From Blepharisma stoltei ATCC 30299 (Eukaryota > Protista > Ciliophora), in contig CBFDEM010000014.1 in NCBI GenBank assembly GCA_965603825.1, positions 558,001 through 622,000 on the forward strand: a stretch of 64,000 bases of DNA. Direction: 5' to 3'. This document shows positions 1-12,073 of the stretch, one piece after another. A model generated the notes under the pieces. It worked only from the letters and a program-made list of their open reading frames with translations, searched no databases and was not told the DNA's origin. The position numbers and the translations under genes were made by a program. Numbering within the stretch: position 1 is the stretch's first letter; each line of letters begins with the position of its first letter.

Positions 1-2306
1 CTGCAGCTGACCAAGAAATCACACAAATTATATGTGATGAATTATTTGAAAGAGGAGTTGACTTATTTGCAGTTGACAATAAAGGCAAAACACCTCTTCA
101 TTATGCTGCTGCTTCTGGATATCGCTCATTGTGCCAATTTTTATTAGGAAAAGGCTCAAATCATGCATTGCCTGATAATAATGGAATTGTGCCATTAGCA
201 TATGCATTGCAAGGAAGCAAAATATTGACATCAGAACAAATGATCTTGATTTTCAGAGGATATGGGGCATCCTTGTCTTTTACTTTCAGAGAAGACGGAA
301 TTGATCTGACCCCAATTCTTCATGCAATCTCTCAGAAAGGCCCTCCGAGGTTAATAACTTTTCTACTGCAAAATGGATGCTCTTTAACTGAAGTGGACAG
401 CTTAGGAAGGAATGCAGTGATGCTAGCTATAATCAACAATGATATAAAAATGGTAGAAGCACTAATTAAAGAAGGCTCACTTGACATAAACCATTCTGAT
501 AAGAAAGGACGAAACGCAGCCCACTATGCTGTGCAGCCTTTAGAATATGGCTCTTATGAAAATATAGATATACTAAAACTCCTTATAAGCTCAAAGATAA
601 ACGCAGGGAAATTTGATAATGAAGGATGGTCACCATTCTGTCTGGCAGCTTTACAAAGGTCAAGAAGAATGGCCAAGCTGCTTGAAGCCCACAGATTCAA
701 GGTTTCAGAGTACCCAGAACGAAGACTTTCTGTTTTTGAGCCCAGCATGGAGGTGGACTATGAAAAAGACGCTGAGTCATATCTACAAAAGCAGTCAGAG
801 CTTGTTAAAGAAGAAAAAATAAAGAGACTTCCAGACAACACACAGGACTTCCCTGACTATTATGAAGTGGTTGACGACTATGACTTATACATGACCAAGG
901 TAGATCTTCAATATGGCCCTTACTCTCAATATCTTTTCTATAGAATGCAGTTATTGCATGACACAAATAGAGATAACTATATCATTTTCACCAGATGGGG
1001 AAGGATTGGAGAAGTAGGAGCTTTCCAGAGGACGCCTTTTGCTGATAGAAATGAAGCAGAAACAGAGTTTAAAAAGATTTTTAAGTCAAAATCTGGCAAT
1101 GAGTGGAGAGAAGACTTTGTAAGAATTAAAGGAAAATATGTAAAGGTTGAATTCGCGAAAAAGAAAATAAGTCATAAGGACTTTATTAATGATTTTGATT
1201 TAGAAAGAGCTCCAAATAGCAATTTAGTTGAAGAGCTGCAAGTAGCGGTAAAGCATTTTACAAAGAATTCAATATATAGAAGCTATTTTGATCAGTCAGG
1301 AATTGATGTCAACGTTCTCAACTTTTCTTCAATATCAAGAGAAACTATTTTAGAAGCTGAAGAAATTATAAGGAAAATTGCTGTTTTGGTTGGGGAGCTC
1401 AGAGATTCTCAGGATGTTGATAAAAATCTAGATATCAAACAAGAAATTTCTGACTTATCAAGCAGATATTATGAATTAATACCATCTCCTGGATTTGAGC
1501 ACACTGCAGTTAGCCCTATTTTAGCCCCTTTAGATGTTAAAGCCAAACTTGATACTCTTGACAGCTTAAAAAACATCCAAATTGCAAGCAAAATTATTTT
1601 GGGTGCCATTAACAGTCAGGATTCTATCAATCCTCTTGACTATACATATCTTGCCTTGAATACAAGCTTAAACCTTGTAGACTCTAAAAGTCCAGAATTT
1701 AACGTTATTGAGAAATATATGAAAGCAGGAAGAGGCGATGATACACAAATTTTAGGCTTGTTCCAGGTAAATAGAAGAGGTGAAGCTGAAAAAATAGAAA
1801 AATTCAAAAATATAGAGCAAAGAAAGCTATTATGGCATGGAACTGGATCAGCGAATATTATTGGGATTTTAACTCAAGGACTAAGAATTGCTCCCCCTGA
1901 AGTGCCTAATATGGGCTGGATGTTTGGAAAAGGTGTATATTTTGCAGACATGTTTATGAAAAGCTTGGGATATGCTCATTCAGAAGCTGGAGATACAAGC
2001 TTTTTCATGCTTTTGTGTGAGGTTGTGCTTGGGAAGACTTATGATAGATATCAATCTGAATATGTAGAGAAACTTCCTGAAGGGTTCCTTTCTACTCTTG
2101 GGAAAGGACAAGAAGGCCCAGACTGCACTCAGAGTATCTATTTACCAAATGGTGTCGAAGTACCGCTTGGCCCTATTATTGAACAAGAAAAGCCTAATAA
2201 TGAGCCATACTGGAGTTTAAATATGAACGAATATATCGTTTACAACACTGATCAAATAAGAATCCGCTACCTGCTGCATTTGAAATCAGAGCAGCCAATG
2301 TGGTAA
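1..2306 (+). CDS. Ankyrin-repeat + WGR + PARP regulatory + PARP catalytic domain protein (5'-partial)
   Basis: Frame is open from position 3 (AADQEITQ...DNKGKTPLHYAAASG, ankyrin). WGR motif RWGRIGEVG; catalytic H-Y-E triad in LLWHGT / GVYFAD / NEYIVY; ends TAA. Confidence 0.93.
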   Translation, partial: AADQEITQIICDELFERGVDLFAVDNKGKTPLHYAAASGYRSLCQFLLGKGSNHALPDNNGIVPLAYALQGSKILTSEQMILIFRGYGASLSFTFREDGIDLTPILHAISQKGPPRLITFLLQNGCSLTEVDSLGRNAVMLAIINNDIKMVEALIKEGSLDINHSDKKGRNAAHYAVQPLEYGSYENIDILKLLISSKINAGKFDNEGWSPFCLAALQRSRRMAKLLEAHRFKVSEYPERRLSVFEPSMEVDYEKDAESYLQKQSELVKEEKIKRLPDNTQDFPDYYEVVDDYDLYMTKVDLQYGPYSQYLFYRMQLLHDTNRDNYIIFTRWGRIGEVGAFQRTPFADRNEAETEFKKIFKSKSGNEWREDFVRIKGKYVKVEFAKKKISHKDFINDFDLERAPNSNLVEELQVAVKHFTKNSIYRSYFDQSGIDVNVLNFSSISRETILEAEEIIRKIAVLVGELRDSQDVDKNLDIKQEISDLSSRYYELIPSPGFEHTAVSPILAPLDVKAKLDTLDSLKNIQIASKIILGAINSQDSINPLDYTYLALNTSLNLVDSKSPEFNVIEKYMKAGRGDDTQILGLFQVNRRGEAEKIEKFKNIEQRKLLWHGTGSANIIGILTQGLRIAPPEVPNMGWMFGKGVYFADMFMKSLGYAHSEAGDTSFFMLLCEVVLGKTYDRYQSEYVEKLPEGFLSTLGKGQEGPDCTQSIYLPNGVEVPLGPIIEQEKPNNEPYWSLNMNEYIVYNTDQIRIRYLLHLKSEQPMW

Positions 2307-2456
2307 TTAATAAAATTAATTCAGGTTCTCTGGTCTATTCTATATTTCAAAATTAGTTTAACTGCATCTTTTCTACCTAAAATAAGATAATGATCAAAAG
2401 TTCTTGCTAATATCATTAATATCATAAACAATATAATTATATTATTCATTTAAGAA

Positions 2457-3176
2457 ATGATAAAAAGGCTATTTCCTTCTATCATTTCTCCCTTCAAAAG
2501 GCTCCCTCATTTTAACTTTTCCACTTTTAATCGCCTACAAAGGTCAATCGACAAAGAACTCGTCCACGAAAACGAGAACTACAAAATCAACGAAGCGATC
2601 CCTCGATTCCTAAAAGATCGAGATTTCACCTTGACCGACATCAAAGACTCCACACAAATTTTACTCACAAAAATTTCTCACGGTAAAAACGTGGTTGTTT
2701 CCTTCAACGCCAAGATTGTCTTCAAAGAAGAAAAGAATTTGCCACAAATTTCTGATTTAGTTGAAGAAAAAGGCATAAGAAAGACTTTTAGTGACAAAGA
2801 AGATGAAAAGGTTCCTTTCAAATTATCTCCAGATTTTCATAAAACTTCAGTTGATTTCATTGTAGTTATAAAAAAGCCTGATGCGAAATCTGGGATGGTT
2901 TTTGAATGCTCGACAAAAATAAATGAGGTGATCATTCATAAAGCTTATTCTACACATGATACAGAGATATCGAAAGATATTTCAGCTGTTGATTATAGGT
3001 ATAAAGGAAGGAATTTTGAAAATATAGACAGCAATTTGAGGTTAAGGATGACTGATTATTTGAAAGACCATGGAATTGATGAAGAGCTTGTAGCTTTTCT
3101 TGAAGCATATTCCCCTGACAAAGAGAGGCATCAGTATGTAGAGTTTTTGGAAAAGCTGAAAAATTTCGTTAAATAG
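2457..3176 (+). CDS. Mitochondrial acidic matrix protein, MAM33/p32 (C1QBP) family
   Basis: Basic presequence-like N-terminus; C-terminal YKGRNFENIDSNLRLRMTDYLKDHGIDEELVAFLEAYSPDKERHQYVEFLEKLKNFV matches the MAM33 tail. Confidence 0.85.
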   Translation: MIKRLFPSIISPFKRLPHFNFSTFNRLQRSIDKELVHENENYKINEAIPRFLKDRDFTLTDIKDSTQILLTKISHGKNVVVSFNAKIVFKEEKNLPQISDLVEEKGIRKTFSDKEDEKVPFKLSPDFHKTSVDFIVVIKKPDAKSGMVFECSTKINEVIIHKAYSTHDTEISKDISAVDYRYKGRNFENIDSNLRLRMTDYLKDHGIDEELVAFLEAYSPDKERHQYVEFLEKLKNFVK

Positions 3177-3212
3177 ACTTTTACAATTATGTGTTAAGAA
3201 TTAATTTTTGGA

Positions 3213-5360
3213 CTAAAGTGCAAAATTATAGTGATTTGTGCCGTTTTTCGAGTAAGACTCAGCTGAGCTCTCTCGGAACTTAGGTCGAGGGATTCTGGAA
3301 GGCGTAGACTGGTTTGCAGTCTGAATCGGCTGATATTTTGTTGGAGGCCTTCTCAACGCCAGTGGACTTGCGCTAAGCACTCTTTTAATATTCACATCTT
3401 TCACCTTAAGCTGCTGCAGAGCTTTATTTTTAGCTTGTGCTTCATTTTCTGCATGAGATTTTATTATTCTCAGCTTTTTATTTGCTTCATCTTGAAAATT
3501 TTTCAATAAAACTAGCTCTTTTCTATATTTCTCATTTTCTTCTGTAAGCTGTTTTTCTTTATTTTTCATTTTAATTATAAGTCCTCCGATTTTCGAGTCC
3601 CTATCTTTTATGGCATATTGGTAGCTTTCAATATCTCTTTCTAGCTTGTCTAGTTTCCTTAAAATTGTATTTTTATCAGCCCTTTCTTTTTCCAGCAGCC
3701 TAAGAGTCCTTTCTACTTCTTCATTTTTTAGGTTTTTTCTAATTGAATATCCTAAATCTACAGATTTAAGCCTAGTGCCTAGTGCTAATGTACAGACAGT
3801 TTCTCCAGAACTTTCTTCACAAGGATTGCAGTTTAAAATTACAGTTACCATGCTTTCTTCACCTCCTAAAGTCTGCTGCAGAATTCTTGTCAGCATAGAG
3901 TTTCTGTAAGGGATATGGTTTTGCTTGGTTTCTAGTGCTGCAATTACATCTTGCAGTGCTGATAAAGACTTGTTGATTAGCAAAGTTTCTTTTAAGATAT
4001 CTCCACTGACTTTACTTTTGCTTATTCGTTCACTGCCAGCTAAGTCTACAAATTGAATAATTCCTGTATGGCTTCCTTTTACAATTTTCAATGTATAAAT
4101 GCAATGGCTTCTGGATGAACTGGAATTCGACTCAGTAAATTTTGTGGATCTTTTAAGGGCTGCTTGCTGAATTAAAGTCAAGCATTGGCTAAACCAATCA
4201 TTTTCTAGCTTAATTTCAGCCATTTCAACAGTTTCTTTTCAGTTCTTGCTGAGTGCATCATTACTTAGCAAGTTTCTTACTTGTTCATTATAAATTTCAA
4301 TACAATTCAAATATACCTGATACTCTCCTACTATCGCCACTTTTAAAGCTTCCACAGATTTCGACAGCACTTCATTCATTGTATAAGTCTTCCCAGATCC
4401 AGTCTGCCCATAAGCTAAAATGCATGCCCTTCCTCCAGATGCTACCATATTAATCGATGGGGCAATGTCAAAAAACAAGTCGTCAATCGAAGACTCTGAC
4501 CCAAATATCCTATCAAATTCGAATTTCTTTATTTCAGTTATAGGTTTCCCTTTTTCTTTGTTCAAAAAAGTGCTGACTTGGATTCCCAACTCATCATAAG
4601 CCACACAAGTACTTTTATTTGTATCAGAATCCAGCACAGGCCGCACTTTTACTAAGACTTTTACACTGTGGCAGGCTTCTGCTGGCGAGTTTGTGCTTGA
4701 ATCAATGGAGTTTCTACGAGAAGAGATATGAGATCCAGATTTTTTGGTTTGTCTAGAAGTATCTAATTGCGATTTGAGCTCTTCCTGCTCCTTTAAGGTA
4801 TTAGATAGCATCTGTTCTAGCTCTGCTAGTCTTGTTGTGTCTCCTTTTTGTGTAGCCAAGGTTGCTATTTCTTGTCTAAGTTCATTGCATTCTTCTTTTA
4901 GCCTTTGTATTTCTACTTCTTTCGCATAGGTTATTTCATCAAGCTCACCTTTATACATGATAGCGTTCTCTTCAGCTTGGTATAAGCGCTCCTCTAAGTC
5001 TTGTTTTGAGTATTCAAGAATCCTGGCTGAGTTTTCCCATTGATCATTTAAATGTTCAAGCTCTCTTTTTTGTTCTTCAAATATTTTCAGCCTTGACCTA
5101 AGCTGATCGATTTCTTTTTGCAGTTTGCATACCTCTGACTCGTTTTTTTGGTACCTTTCCTTATAATTTTGGAGCTCTTCAGTAAGTTTTTCAATTTTAT
5201 TGACAGCTTGTGACAGCTTTTCATCTTTTTCGGCAACTTCAGATTCAAGAAGTTCTTCATATTCTTTGGATTGAGCTTGATAGCTGAGTAAAATTTACTC
5301 TTCGTATTCTTGCTTTAATTGGTCTAATTGTAAATAGATATCAGCCTCTTGATCACTCAT
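3213..5360 (-). CDS. Kinesin (kinesin-14-like motor) with N-terminal NudE/NDEL1-like coiled coil, about 710 aa
   Basis: ATG at 5360, 15-nt intron 5284-5298, TGA(W) at 4239-4241 joins the two track ORFs. Motor motifs GQTGSGKT, NSSSSRSH, DLAGSER, HIPYRNS; ends TAG. Confidence 0.92.
5284..5298 (-). other. 15-nt spliceosomal intron (GTAAATTTTACTCAG)
   Basis: GT-AG with A at -6; contains the in-frame TAA; removal gives continuous ...KQEYE-D-YQAQSKEYEE. Confidence 0.88.
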
Positions 5361-5729
5361 TATAAAGTATGGATATTACTTAAATTAATATTTGGTATGA
5401 CATATATAGGGATATTTTGAGGTTGACAAATGAGAAAGAAAAGAATAAGACGAAAAGCGAGATTTAGATAATATTGCGTAATTAAAATATAATTAAAATG
5501 CATATGAAAATGCATATCTACAGAAATATTAAAGGAGTTTTATTTCAAAGCCATTTAATTATTTAAGAAAATAACAGGAAAATTTTGTAAACAAGTGGAA
5601 TGAAAAATCTTTTGGTTTGTATTTTCTATGCTCATAATATATAAGCATTTTATCAGTGATAAAATTAATTTTGCTAGAAATTAAATAAATGCTGATTTTC
5701 TTAATTAAACAACACATTTCCTTTTACAA

Positions 5730-8034
5730 ATGGACTACTCCTTTAGATCAAAAGAAAGCATTGAGGCGTCATGAATGAAACTGGAAAACAGTTTTTCCAC
5801 AAGCCAAAGCGCTAATCAATCAATTTCTGTATCAGCTCGACCAAATACTTCAGACTTTATCCAAAAGCCTAAAAGCAGATGCTCGAGAGAAAAATTCCAC
5901 CATAACAGAAGTGCTAGCTTGCAAAATCAGTCGATGAATACTAAACACTCTAGAGCAAGTTCTCAGGATTATCCTATTAGTCACTCTCATTCAATCTCTT
6001 ATTCAACGTTTATACCAAAAACTGAACAATATTCTATCAACGGCTTGGATGCTTATCAAATTCACAGAATTTATGTAGCGAAATGCAATGATTTGAAAAT
6101 CCCAGTGCTTTTGGATCAGGAAAAAAATTTCTTCTCCTATTGTCATATACATTTTACTAAAAGAAAATTTGAGTTGAGTGAATCAGGGATAGGTCCGAAG
6201 GCTGCAAAAGCTATTGGTGAAGTAATTGAACATAACAAAGAATTCGCATATTTAGAACTAAGTAAAAACATAATGGGAGATAAAGGAGCAATTATATTAG
6301 CCAAAGCTTTATGCAGAAATACAGACTTAGTGCATTTAGATGTGAGCAGCAACGATATCACTCCTGAGGGTGCATCAGCTCTAATTATGTTAGTTTTAAA
6401 GCACCCAAGCATTGCAAGCTTAAATATATCATCACATGAAGGGCTGCATAGAAATCGTCTTGGAATTGTAGGTGCAAGCGCTATCAGAAGGGTTTTAGAA
6501 AGCAGTATGATTATTTCCTTTCTTAATATAGCAGGAACATCAATCGGACCAGAAGGACTTATCAGTTTGAGCAAAGGACTGAAAAATAGCAAAACACTTG
6601 TTTCTCTCAATATTGCAAATAATGGAATAGGCTCGACAGGAATTTCCAACCTAGCAGAAGCGATTGCTTCATCTTCCTTAAAAATCCTCAATATTTCTCT
6701 CAATAAAATTGGTAACGAAGGCTGTGATATCATTTCGAATTTATTAATGGGTGAATTTGATGCTATTTGCCCTTTAGAAACCCTTGATTTATCACAAAAT
6801 GAAATTTCCACCCGAGGAGCTTTTAACCTATTTACTGCAGCAACAGGGAATATTATATTGCAAACACTTAATCTAGAAAAGAATAAATTCAGTTCAGGGC
6901 TATCACCAGCGTTTCACCCATTTGTCTGTGGAAATACCAAAATAAAAATGCTGAATTTAGCATTTTGCCAAATAAAATCTGAAGGAATTTGTACAGTTGG
7001 GGATGGGCTGATAAAGAACAAAACACTAAGAATTTTAAATATCAGCAACAATGTGATTGATGATAATGGAGCTGAAGCAATTTCTATAGGCTTGCATACA
7101 AATAGAGGACTGAAATTTTTGGATTTAAGCAATAATTTTATAAAAAATAAAGGAGGTTTAGCATTAGCACAAGCGCTAAAAATGAATCAGTGCTTAGAGC
7201 AGATAAATTTAAAGGGAAATGGGCTGAAAGATGACGCTGCACAACAATTGAGCGAGATTTCTAGATTTCGCCCAAACTTAGTGAGACTCGTACTGGATTT
7301 AAATCCAGTGAGTTTTAAGTATCTTAATGATATAAAAGGACACATGAAGCATAATGTTTCAGTCCATCAAAAATATTTGGTTCCCAAATTAAGGTCAAAA
7401 ATCAGTGATATTCAGTTTAACGAAAGCGAATTTGATACTATCAGACGAAAAATTGAGTCAAAAATGAAAGAAAAAACAGAAAATCAGCAAAAGTTGGAAA
7501 AACAAAATGTGAGGTATATTGAAGTTAAAGAAAATGAAGAAAAAAAATATTTAGTAATTCACGAAGAGTTTGAAAAATTATATGAGCAAAGAAAAGAATT
7601 AAGCAAGGCTATTGATGAGCTTGAGGGTGAAATTAAGGTAAAGTCTTATATAGAAAACAAAAATAATCAGAGAAAGAGAAATCAAGGAATTAAGCGATAA
7701 AATTGCATATACTGTATCAGAAGCTAAACAATTAGAAAAACAAAAAACACATAAGAGAGAACAATTAGGGTTGCTAAGAAACCAGCATACAAATATAATA
7801 AATGATTTAAGAGCTAAGCTTGAAAATGAGGAATTATTAAAAAGAAATGCAGAGTCAACGATTTATTTTGCGAAGAAAAAGCTTGATGAAAAATCCAAGG
7901 AGCTTGCTAGGATTAAAAATACAGAAAACGATAAAAATATTGAAGCAGCCAAAGAAGAGTATGAAACAAAAATACAAAATGCAATTTTTGATCCAAAAGT
8001 GCCTCCTACAAAGCTGAAGCCAGTCAAAGCATAA
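5730..8034 (+). CDS. Leucine-rich repeat (RNase-inhibitor/NLRC3-like) protein with C-terminal coiled coil
   Basis: ATG 5730 is in frame through TGA 5772. Repeated LxxLxLSxNxIxxxGA units; 16-nt intron 7638-7653 joins the 7771 ORF. Confidence 0.85.
7638..7653 (+). other. 16-nt spliceosomal intron (GTAAAGTCTTATATAG)
   Basis: GT-AG with A at -6; removal shifts the frame to continue the coiled coil (EIK-KTKIIREREIKEL...LLRNQ). Confidence 0.82.
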
Positions 8035-8327
8035 TATTTTCTTTTGTAATAATTGGATCAGTTATTTTTCAAATCAATATTTAATAAGCTTTCTTTCGTG
8101 GAGTAGGACTATTACGGGAAATAAAAATTCTGTATATAATTTTAGTCAGTAGCCCTGCAATAATTTATTTCTTATTTCTAAAATATCATTATTTTTCAAA
8201 TTACCAAAATTTTCTTAACTTTTCTTAGCTAATATTGATTAACTTTCTAATCTATATTATTTTTATTACTTCGCTCATTTATTCAATTAAGATTTGTTTA
8301 AAACAGCTATTATTTTTTAAATAAAAT

Positions 8328-9779
<1,452 letters not shown>

Positions 9780-10137
9780 TTTGATATTAAATTAATAGTT
9801 TCAAAGTAATTACGAGAGTACATAAATTTTTTGAAAATATTAGGTCTCTGTATAATTATCAAAACCCTAAAGCATAAATTTTAATCAAACGGATAATTAG
9901 TTAAAAATAAGTACATTAAACTGCATTAGCAGTCTTAATCTTTAATTTTCATTACACTTTTGCATGGTAATTATTCCAATATAATGCAAGATTAATAATT
10001 AGATAATATAAATCAGCATTGAGCATTTATTTTGAGAAAAGCGTCAGAATCTTTAAGTTTTCTAGTTTAGAAGCTTATTTTCCTTTAAAATTAAAGATCA
10101 CACACTTAAATAAATAAGAGATAATTGATATTAAGAT

Positions 10138-10557
10138 TTACACATAGCTTGATTTTTTTCCTTTGTTGAGTTTCATAATTAAATCTTGATAAAACTGAGA
10201 ATTGCTGAGAATAGGTCCAATTCCTGGAATAAATTTGACAGAATGCAGTATTTGTGGGATGAAATCTTTAAAGAGTTGATAAATGCCATAAAGTTGAAGG
10301 ATTCCACCTACTGTTGACCAGCCTACTAAAATCAAAAAGAATCCGATGAAATAGCAGATTGTACCTTTAAGCTTTGATGGCTTCATAAAGAAAAATATTA
10401 ACCCAGATATTCCAGTTAAATATCCAGTCCCAATCAAGAATAGAGTATTGCCTATGAGCAAAAATAATCTATCAAACCACAAGAAAACCCCTATAAGGTA
10501 CAAAATAAGTCCTAAAACTGTAATAGGTGAGCCTATAGACTTATTTGAAAAATTCAT
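10138..10557 (-). CDS. GOT1: Got1/Sft2-family vesicle transport protein
   Basis: Four hydrophobic segments with FDRLFLLIGNTLFLIG, FFMKPSKLKGT and YGIYQLFKDFIP, typical of Got1. Confidence 0.85.
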   Translation of the reverse strand: MNFSNKSIGSPITVLGLILYLIGVFLWFDRLFLLIGNTLFLIGTGYLTGISGLIFFFMKPSKLKGTICYFIGFFLILVGWSTVGGILQLYGIYQLFKDFIPQILHSVKFIPGIGPILSNSQFYQDLIMKLNKGKKSSYV

Positions 10558-10876
10558 ATATTTTTTCTGACATCATGCTTTGCATATATTTTACTTATAA
10601 AATGGAATCAGGAATAAATCAATTATCTATTTTTTCAAGTATCTTTTTTAATTATTTTAGATTCAGGAATATAGAGAGAACTTTAAAAGAGGAACTTTTT
10701 TCTGCTGGTGATCAAAGAAAGAGCAGCAAAAGGATCAAATAAACTTAGGAATATGAAATTCTACGAACATTTAATATATAACGATAGCAAAGGAATTAAA
10801 TATTGTCTATTATTAATTCAAAATATCATTAAGGCAAATGAGAATTTAACATTTTCTAATATAATGCTTTTATAAA

Positions 10877-11503
10877 ATGGAATTAGGTAGGATTGATTTA
10901 CCTAAATACTTTCGAACTCAATTTTGGAATGATCTAATTGATATCTTAGAACACTATCATGTTGAGAATAAAAACAGTATATCTTCAGCTAACCTTCCTA
11001 TATGAATTTACAAAGAAGTTGTAAAAAAAGATGTGATGTCTAAAATTAAAACAAAAATCAAGCAATATATCAAGAAAGCTATGAAAAATGAAATTGAAAA
11101 ATTATGAAATGCTCATAGCGAGTCAATAATAGATCCATGCCCTAAGATAAAACATCCAAAGAAAGTTATCACAAATCTTATTCATTCTTTGTTTACAAAA
11201 TTCCAAAGCGTTTTTACCCAAACCTCAAAAAGCGTTTATTCTTCCAGAGATAAAGTAACTGAAGTAGATGCGTTTATGAGTGAAAGATACCTTAGCATTT
11301 GGAATATGATAAAAGGACTCATGAATAAAGATATTTTTGATAAGTATTTTGTAGAAATTGAGGTTGAAATTTGTGCAAATATACTTATTAAAATTGCTGA
11401 GAAAAATGATGAAATTGGAAGAGAAAATGAAAAACTCAATGATATTTATTATAGACAAATTGATTCTATTAGAAGGACATTAATGATTATGCTATCGAGA
11501 TAA
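10877..11503 (+). CDS. Hypothetical protein, 208 aa
   Basis: ATG 10877 is in frame with track ORF 11189 through two TGA codons; no recognisable motif. Confidence 0.55.
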
Positions 11504-12073
11504 TAATTAATTGAAATGAAATTTAATTTATTTTACTTTAGCATTATATTTAACTTTTCTTTACACCCAAAATTGCAGATGATTTAGTTAGATATTCTTT
11601 TTCTTCTGTTGGAAATTAAGTTTCAGAACTTTTGCACCCTTCAGAGTCCATTTGGTTTAATATAATTAAATCATCCCCAAGTATGCATTCTACCAAAAGG
11701 TTTAGTCTTTTGAAAGTATTCATAAAAACTGACAAGAACCTCATTTGATATTTATAAATATATCAACATTCTCGTTGAATCTTATAGGCTACCCAGATAT
11801 ATCTAATTTTAATTATATATATTTGGCATTGTATTATGATTTTAACTATTTTAATTAGAAAAATTAATTGATTTTTTTATTTTCATTTTAAAAATGTTAT
11901 TGATATTAACTCATTAATTTATGTTTAGCAGCTTTAAGGGCTTAAAACAATTTTTTAGCATACAATTTTATTCTTTTAACGTTACACATCTTTTCTGCAT
12001 TTATTACCTTTAAATTTTATTTAATTTTTTTCATTCATATAGTCATATTTATAAGACTAAAAAACGTATAAAT

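Noticed and set aside
6143-6811. Long antisense ORFs in the track (also 22153-22572, 43575-44081, 54695-55081, 59432-59842, 62319-62717 and others)
   Set aside because: They are shadows of real genes on the opposite strand, with no motifs and mostly non-ATG starts.
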